From positions 186,001 to 217,990 of the forward strand of contig PPNB01000013.1 in NCBI GenBank assembly GCA_003707115.1: DNA of 31,990 nucleotides, given 5' to 3'. Shown piece after piece: positions 26,769 through 31,990 of this stretch. The first letter of the stretch is position 1, and each line of letters begins with the position of its first letter. The notes below the pieces were generated by a model. It was not told the DNA's origin. It ran no database searches and worked only from the letters and a program-made list of their open reading frames with translations. A program made the translations under genes and the position numbers. The stretch is from Tortispora ganteri. Taxonomy: Eukaryota.

Positions 26769-29495
26769 TTAAATTGTTGTAAAAGCACGCTTCTTTTGCG
26801 ATTTAACTTCTTCAACTGCAAGAGTTTCTTCATCTTGAAACTCGTGCTGACTCATCGTTTCTTGGTAACGTCGGATAATATTCAAACCAGCAAGATTGTA
26901 TCCCATTTCGTCCTTGACACGTCTCAGAGAATTCGACAAATTCTTATAGACCTCCTCAAGCACCGGTCGACATACACTGGACGTAACAAGCTGGGTTTGA
27001 AACGTCCGGATTACAGAATACAAGATTCTGCATATTAACGTCGGGTGTTTCCCGGACTTGGCCCATTTGTTAATGAATGTTAGTAGTGGAACAACCCGAT
27101 CAAACGGCAGAATAAGTAAGGCATCTCCTAATTGATGAATAGGTACTTTCTCTATGACCGACAACAGATATTTATCTGCCGGAACGTCATTTTGAACGGT
27201 GAACACAATATTCCTGTCAGGTTTGGTAATGGTTTGCCCAGCAGATAGAGCTTCATAGTATGCTTCATGTTTCATTTCATCGTCATAACACAGATCAAGA
27301 GCTTCTAAGAATCTGTCACCCGCTTTAAATGTCTCAGCGGTTTGTTTGCTAACAGCCTGAGTTTCAGTATCATCTGATAGATCACCGTTCGCTTGATCCA
27401 ACGCAGAAAAGAAATCGTTTTCGTATGTTTCTTCCAGTTCCTGTTCACGGGCTTCTTCAAGGAAGATTTCTTCGTCGCTTTGCTTCCAAACGCGAATCGA
27501 TCGGTCATGTGAAGCACTCACGACAAACGATCCGTTATTAGCAATTGTCATCGCCCAGATTTCAGATTGATGTCCTGTGAGTTTCTGAATGCATTCAAAT
27601 TTGTCACCATCCCAATACTTGATGACTTTGTCTTTACTTGCTGAAAAGAAATGGTGCGTATTTTGTTCGAATGCCACCGCAGTTATGCTATCTTGATGTG
27701 CAAAAAGAGAACGATGACAATCACCGAAGTCTAGACCCCAGATTTTGATGTTCTTGTCTGCAGAACTAGTGATAATTAGTTTTGAATCGAACGAAATATC
27801 CATCGCCAGAACGGGTAGTTTATGCCCATACAGCGTCAAGTAGTATTTCAGCGTATCGTTGTAGAATACTTTCACAGTATTATCCAGCAACGAAGCCGCA
27901 ACATAGTTGTTATCTGGTGAATATCTCACTGACAATATGTCATCAGTGATTTTCGCATTTCTCGTCTCCTTGATTTTAATTGTGTCTATGTATCGTTCAG
28001 TGCCAGGCACAATCTCTTTAGTGGGCTTAAATGCCCAAAATCGGAGCATTTTATCTGCACCTCCAGAAACCAGGTTAACACCATCGGGGCTTAAATGCAT
28101 TGACCAAACCGCACCGTCATGTGCTTTGACGGAAGTTACAATACTGGAACTGGCTATGTCATATAGGCTGATTGTACCGTCTTTAGTGCCTACGACGACT
28201 AAAGTATCACCCGGAAGGAAAGCAGAACACAGCGCGTAGCCAGTTTCTATAGTTCTTATGCAGTTTCCAGTCTTCACGTTCCAGATTTTCAATTGACCAT
28301 TAGACGCTGATGAGAGGATGGAATTATCTGCGCTGAGACTTAGCGTGCGAATATCCGTGCGATGGCCTGGGAGGTCAACAGCAAGATGTTTTTCAGAAGT
28401 AGCGCGTTCGGCTGATTTATTTTGTTCGTGAAATGTTATCGAGTAAGAGTCGATGAGATTAGATTTGTATGCAATAGCAAGCTGCAACTTAGATCGTTTG
28501 TCTAGAGAAGATCCAGGCAACCATGCTATAGAGCGTACTTTGTAAGGACTGACAGGTATTATAGCCACCGACACCAATACATCAGCAATGCTGTTATCGG
28601 GTATAAGTTCAGTCAATTGCTCATCTGTTAGTTCAGGGTTTTTCTCTCTTCGTCTTCGGCGTTTCCTTGAGACAGCCTTTGTTGTCTCCGCTGGGGTGCG
28701 AATTTTCCAAAGTTCAATAGAGGGAGCGACACCATGGGTGACAAAATACGCATTATCAGGATGGAAACGAATGCCTAACACCCTATCATTAGTGTGAGAT
28801 TGTCTGGTAATGGAGCCAAGTGCCTGGAGACGGGAGCCTTCAGTAGCACTTAGGTTTATCTGCCACACTGATATGTCGGACGAGTCGCCACCCACAAGGC
28901 AGTAAGTATTATCCGGGGAGATCTCAAGCGACCAACAATCTGATTTCTGCGCAACAACTGTATCAGAACAGTGTTGCGAGGCGAGATCCCAAAGTTTGAG
29001 AAGACCATCTTTTGCGCAAGATATCATGAAATTCTGGTCGTCGCCAATGACACACATTCCATTGATCTGACCTTTATGACCGTTTAACTTGTAAAGACCT
29101 TCTTCGGAGACCAAATCCCATACAATTATAGATCCGTCTGCCGCGCCGCTTACAAGCTTGGTTTGAGAGTGATCGGGGGTGAGTGAAGATATACGTGACC
29201 TATGCCCTGAGAACGATATAAGCACATCTGCTGTTCGAGAATCCCACAATCGAATAGAACCATCATCATATCCAGCAGCGATGATGTCTTCAGACACTAG
29301 TGATAAGTATGTGACTGCATTAGTGAAGTTTGGAGCGCTGAATACGGTTTTTGATGAGGTTTTTAGATCCCAAACGATAACGGATTCTAACGAGCCGACA
29401 GCAACTTTGTTTCCTGAAATCCAACATATGTTGCAGTCACTTACTATATTTCCAAATACAGAAGACTGTTCATATTTCCAGTACGATTTAACCAT
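26769..29495 (-). CDS. DIP2: U3 snoRNP / UTP-B WD40 protein Utp12
   Basis: Starts MVKSY (ATG 29495); tandem WD40 repeats; GHRTDIR, LLDNTVKVF..DTLK.YLTLYGHKLPVL.MDISFDSKLIITSSADKNIKIWGLDFGDCH.SLFAHQDSI; C-terminal Utp12 domain (DALL.LPF). Confidence 0.96.
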   Translation of the reverse strand: MVKSYWKYEQSSVFGNIVSDCNICWISGNKVAVGSLESVIVWDLKTSSKTVFSAPNFTNAVTYLSLVSEDIIAAGYDDGSIRLWDSRTADVLISFSGHRSRISSLTPDHSQTKLVSGAADGSIIVWDLVSEEGLYKLNGHKGQINGMCVIGDDQNFMISCAKDGLLKLWDLASQHCSDTVVAQKSDCWSLEISPDNTYCLVGGDSSDISVWQINLSATEGSRLQALGSITRQSHTNDRVLGIRFHPDNAYFVTHGVAPSIELWKIRTPAETTKAVSRKRRRRREKNPELTDEQLTELIPDNSIADVLVSVAIIPVSPYKVRSIAWLPGSSLDKRSKLQLAIAYKSNLIDSYSITFHEQNKSAERATSEKHLAVDLPGHRTDIRTLSLSADNSILSSASNGQLKIWNVKTGNCIRTIETGYALCSAFLPGDTLVVVGTKDGTISLYDIASSSIVTSVKAHDGAVWSMHLSPDGVNLVSGGADKMLRFWAFKPTKEIVPGTERYIDTIKIKETRNAKITDDILSVRYSPDNNYVAASLLDNTVKVFYNDTLKYYLTLYGHKLPVLAMDISFDSKLIITSSADKNIKIWGLDFGDCHRSLFAHQDSITAVAFEQNTHHFFSASKDKVIKYWDGDKFECIQKLTGHQSEIWAMTIANNGSFVVSASHDRSIRVWKQSDEEIFLEEAREQELEETYENDFFSALDQANGDLSDDTETQAVSKQTAETFKAGDRFLEALDLCYDDEMKHEAYYEALSAGQTITKPDRNIVFTVQNDVPADKYLLSVIEKVPIHQLGDALLILPFDRVVPLLTFINKWAKSGKHPTLICRILYSVIRTFQTQLVTSSVCRPVLEEVYKNLSNSLRRVKDEMGYNLAGLNIIRRYQETMSQHEFQDEETLAVEEVKSQKKRAFTTI

Positions 29496-29568
29496 CAGTT
29501 TTAACAAGAAAAAAGATGAACACTAAGGAAAAAGGTGAGGAAAAATTACTTACACTCGAATGTCCCAG

Positions 29569-29576
29569 TTACCCGG
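29569..29576. promoter_or_regulatory. Reb1-type general regulatory factor site in the DIP2/ARC35 divergent promoter
   Basis: Exact TTACCCGG about 75 bp upstream of the DIP2 ATG, next to a GAAAAATT RRPE-like tract at about 29540. Confidence 0.45.
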
Positions 29577-30277
29577 CTTACATTTACTTCACGTTTAAAT
29601 GGACGATGTTCCAGAAAACCAATATAATATGATGTAAATGAAAAGTACAAACAAAAAATATTAATTACAGCTAGTTGAATATTATAGCGAACAGGCCGCT
29701 ATAAATACGCACATATATAGTTACTTTTTCTTTGGCATATTTGATTCATTTGCAACTTTCCAGATGCCTTCGAGCTATCTTATGGAACATGGTGCCTGCA
29801 TCTTCATTTCGCTTGCATTCTAGCTCCTCTATAAATTTGCGAACTGCCCAACAACTCCTCTGTTTTAATATGGCACTGGGCTCTTTGAGATAGCTCGTAA
29901 GAGGTGTTATAAATGCATTATATTGTATTATTCATTATCGCATCAGCAACTGCGAGAATTATACTATTGCAGATAAAGCAGACTCGAGTATTGAGGCTGC
30001 ACTACGCGAGCTAAAGCTTTAATAAAAAAGCGGAGACTTAAATAACAAAAACATGCCTTTAGAATACCCTTAATAATAGTAAATGTTGAATTATATATAA
30101 AATAATTTAATAACTTCTGTAGTCTGAATTACATACATAAATGGCAATACAAATTGTAAGACGTATACATAGCAACGGTAACAACTGCCGGGGTGTCGGG
30201 AGTGGGTCATACAAGCCAGACACATTTCCCCTTTCCTTGAACTATTAAGTGGCTGAAGTAGACAGGTTCAACCAGAA

Positions 30278-31225
30278 ATGTTGTTGTTACAGTATCATAA
30301 CTTGCTGTTGCAGTCAATTTTGACTGAAAGACTTGAGCCTGGAGCGTCTTTGGTATACATTGACCAGATTATCTCAGATTTCGACTACGTTACATTCCAC
30401 GTAAGCACACCGGAGAAGAAATCTGTTATTGTAGTATCACTAGCTATCAAATGCTGGAGTGATTTGGTCAAATACGGAGCAGAATCCGTTTTGAAGCGGG
30501 AATATGGGAGCTACATTACAGAAACGGAGCCGGGATACAATTTCTCACTGAAACTGGACGTAGAAGCGTTACAGCAGGATAACGCCGAATCCCGAGAGGC
30601 ATTGATTGACAAGATCGCCTTATTAAAGCGCCATGCGATGGCGGCGCCATTCGAAAAAGCGTTTGATACGTTTGAGCAATTGGAAAAGGCAGCCCAGTCT
30701 ACAGACCGGGGAGTGCCAGAAGAGAGTGATACTGAAGTTATGACTATACAGTATCGAGACGAAGAGAGCATTTTTATAAGACCTTCATTCGATAGAGTTA
30801 CGGTTATCTTCTCTATTATATTTAGAGAAGAAACAGACAAAATTTTTGGGAAAGTATTCCTACAAGAGTTCGTGGACGCACGGAGGCGAGCTATTCAGAA
30901 TGCCCCTCAAGTTCTGTACTCTAGCAGCGAGCCCCCGTTAGAGATTCGCCACGTTCCTGCAGCCAAAATGCAAACGGATATGGGCTATGTGACATTTGTT
31001 TTGTTTCCTAGACATATGACTGCACTGAGAAGAGAGAACTGTATTTCACACGTTCAAATGTTCCGAGATTTCTTTCTGTACCACATTAAGTGCTCTAAAG
31101 CCTATCTGCATTCACGAATGAGATACCGTGTGTCTGAGTTTCTTAAGGTACTTAATCGTGCTAAACCGGAGAATGTTGAGAAGGAAAGGAAAACTGCTTC
31201 CGGAAGACGTTTTATTTCGACCTAA
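30278..31225 (+). CDS. ARC35: Arp2/3 complex 34-35 kDa subunit (ARPC2)
   Basis: MLLL.Y.N, DFD.VTFHVS, LLKR.AMAAPFE, I.YRDEESIFI..SFDRVTVIFS..FREETD.IFGKVFLQEFVDARRR..QNAPQVL, YHIKCSKAY.HSRMR.RV..FLKVLNRAKPE....ERKT.SGR.F. Confidence 0.97.
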   Translation: MLLLQYHNLLLQSILTERLEPGASLVYIDQIISDFDYVTFHVSTPEKKSVIVVSLAIKCWSDLVKYGAESVLKREYGSYITETEPGYNFSLKLDVEALQQDNAESREALIDKIALLKRHAMAAPFEKAFDTFEQLEKAAQSTDRGVPEESDTEVMTIQYRDEESIFIRPSFDRVTVIFSIIFREETDKIFGKVFLQEFVDARRRAIQNAPQVLYSSSEPPLEIRHVPAAKMQTDMGYVTFVLFPRHMTALRRENCISHVQMFRDFFLYHIKCSKAYLHSRMRYRVSEFLKVLNRAKPENVEKERKTASGRRFIST

Positions 31226-31267
31226 CTTTTTGGGGTTTCCTCTTTTGGCCATTTTCCTTGTCTCATC

Positions 31268-31990
31268 TCAATCCACGTTTTCTAGGTCTTTATAATATTC
31301 CGAGCAGTCTTTGCCTGTCATTGATTCATATTCTTTGAAATATGCGACTGATTTGGAGTAGTAGTATTCGTCGTCTTCGGTTTCATCCACGTAGTTACCT
31401 AGATTCAGTGATGTTTCTGCGAGAGTCATTATCAGTTTAGAATCGCTTTTATCTACTTTGTACGCCGCTTCTAATTTTGAAAGCGCCTTCTTTAATCCAT
31501 CCAATATGCGACCATCTTGGTCTCGTTGGTCTTCGTCATCGTTTACCAAATCCATTGCTTGTTCGAAGTAGTATTCACCTAAGGCATTCGGTACGTGATA
31601 AGACTCGGTATTCTCACTTGCGATTTTCTCGAGCGAATTGATTGTCTTTAGTAGTGTTTCAGAGTCACCTCTAACCAGTACAGCGCCAAGCACGTATTGT
31701 GCGGCTTTATCACCATGCTTCAATTTGTTAAAAGATCCGAGCCTTTCAAGCGCTTTAGCGATATCTTCGTCAAACGTACTATATTTTTTGTCAGAGCATG
31801 CATACAATGCCCGCAGGGCATATAAGCACCCAATAAGCCCCTGTAGCTCATCTCGGTAGTCTTTTGCGTTTAGTCCAATAGCTGCCCTGTCGATGGCTGC
31901 GTTCATGTAGTCCAATGGTGTCTCGTCACCATTGTTAACCACAGCTGCTAGTTTGCTGAGGACATCAGCATATATATAATGGAACCGGCC
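31268..31990 (-). CDS. ETT1: Ett1/Nro1-family helical-repeat protein, 5' end outside the window
   Basis: The frame stays open to the window edge (GRFHYIYADVLSKLAAV...DYMNAAIDRAAIGL), resembling the Ett1 FH.I.A..LS.L...F..A..R...GL motif. The C-terminal AE....LGN..D......Y pattern also fits. Confidence 0.7.
   Translation of the reverse strand, partial: GRFHYIYADVLSKLAAVVNNGDETPLDYMNAAIDRAAIGLNAKDYRDELQGLIGCLYALRALYACSDKKYSTFDEDIAKALERLGSFNKLKHGDKAAQYVLGAVLVRGDSETLLKTINSLEKIASENTESYHVPNALGEYYFEQAMDLVNDDEDQRDQDGRILDGLKKALSKLEAAYKVDKSDSKLIMTLAETSLNLGNYVDETEDDEYYYSKSVAYFKEYESMTGKDCSEYYKDLENVD

Overview
Gene-dense, intron-poor fungal (budding-yeast) genomic DNA. The lineage is inferred to be an early-diverging Saccharomycotina yeast, possibly of the Wickerhamiella/Starmerella type, from a CNT transporter, a Homol-D-like ribosomal-protein promoter element and very short intergenic gaps. 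Genes in order: Say1-like alpha/beta hydrolase (+), glucokinase GLK1 (-), RPS13 (+), SDC1 (-), OGG1 (+), two tandem orphan secreted Pro/Ser/Thr-rich small proteins (-), peroxisomal SCP2/POX18 (+), NUP2 (+), CRH-type GH16 GPI protein (+), HST2 (+), concentrative nucleoside transporter (+), KEX2 (+), NOP14 (-), an intron-split EMC6 only partly caught by the ORF track (+), DIP2/UTP12 (-), ARC35 (+) and a 5'-truncated ETT1/Nro1 (-). I found no tRNA, rRNA, transposon or CRISPR signal. The most interesting items are the orphan secreted pair (one ends in a cationic amphipathic helix resembling a MinD membrane-targeting sequence or an antimicrobial peptide), an RPS13 missing the conserved MGRMH N-terminus, the 50-nt EMC6 intron, and recurring RFX-like TAGCAAC promoter motifs. 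All gene calls rest on motif recognition from memory; no database search was run.
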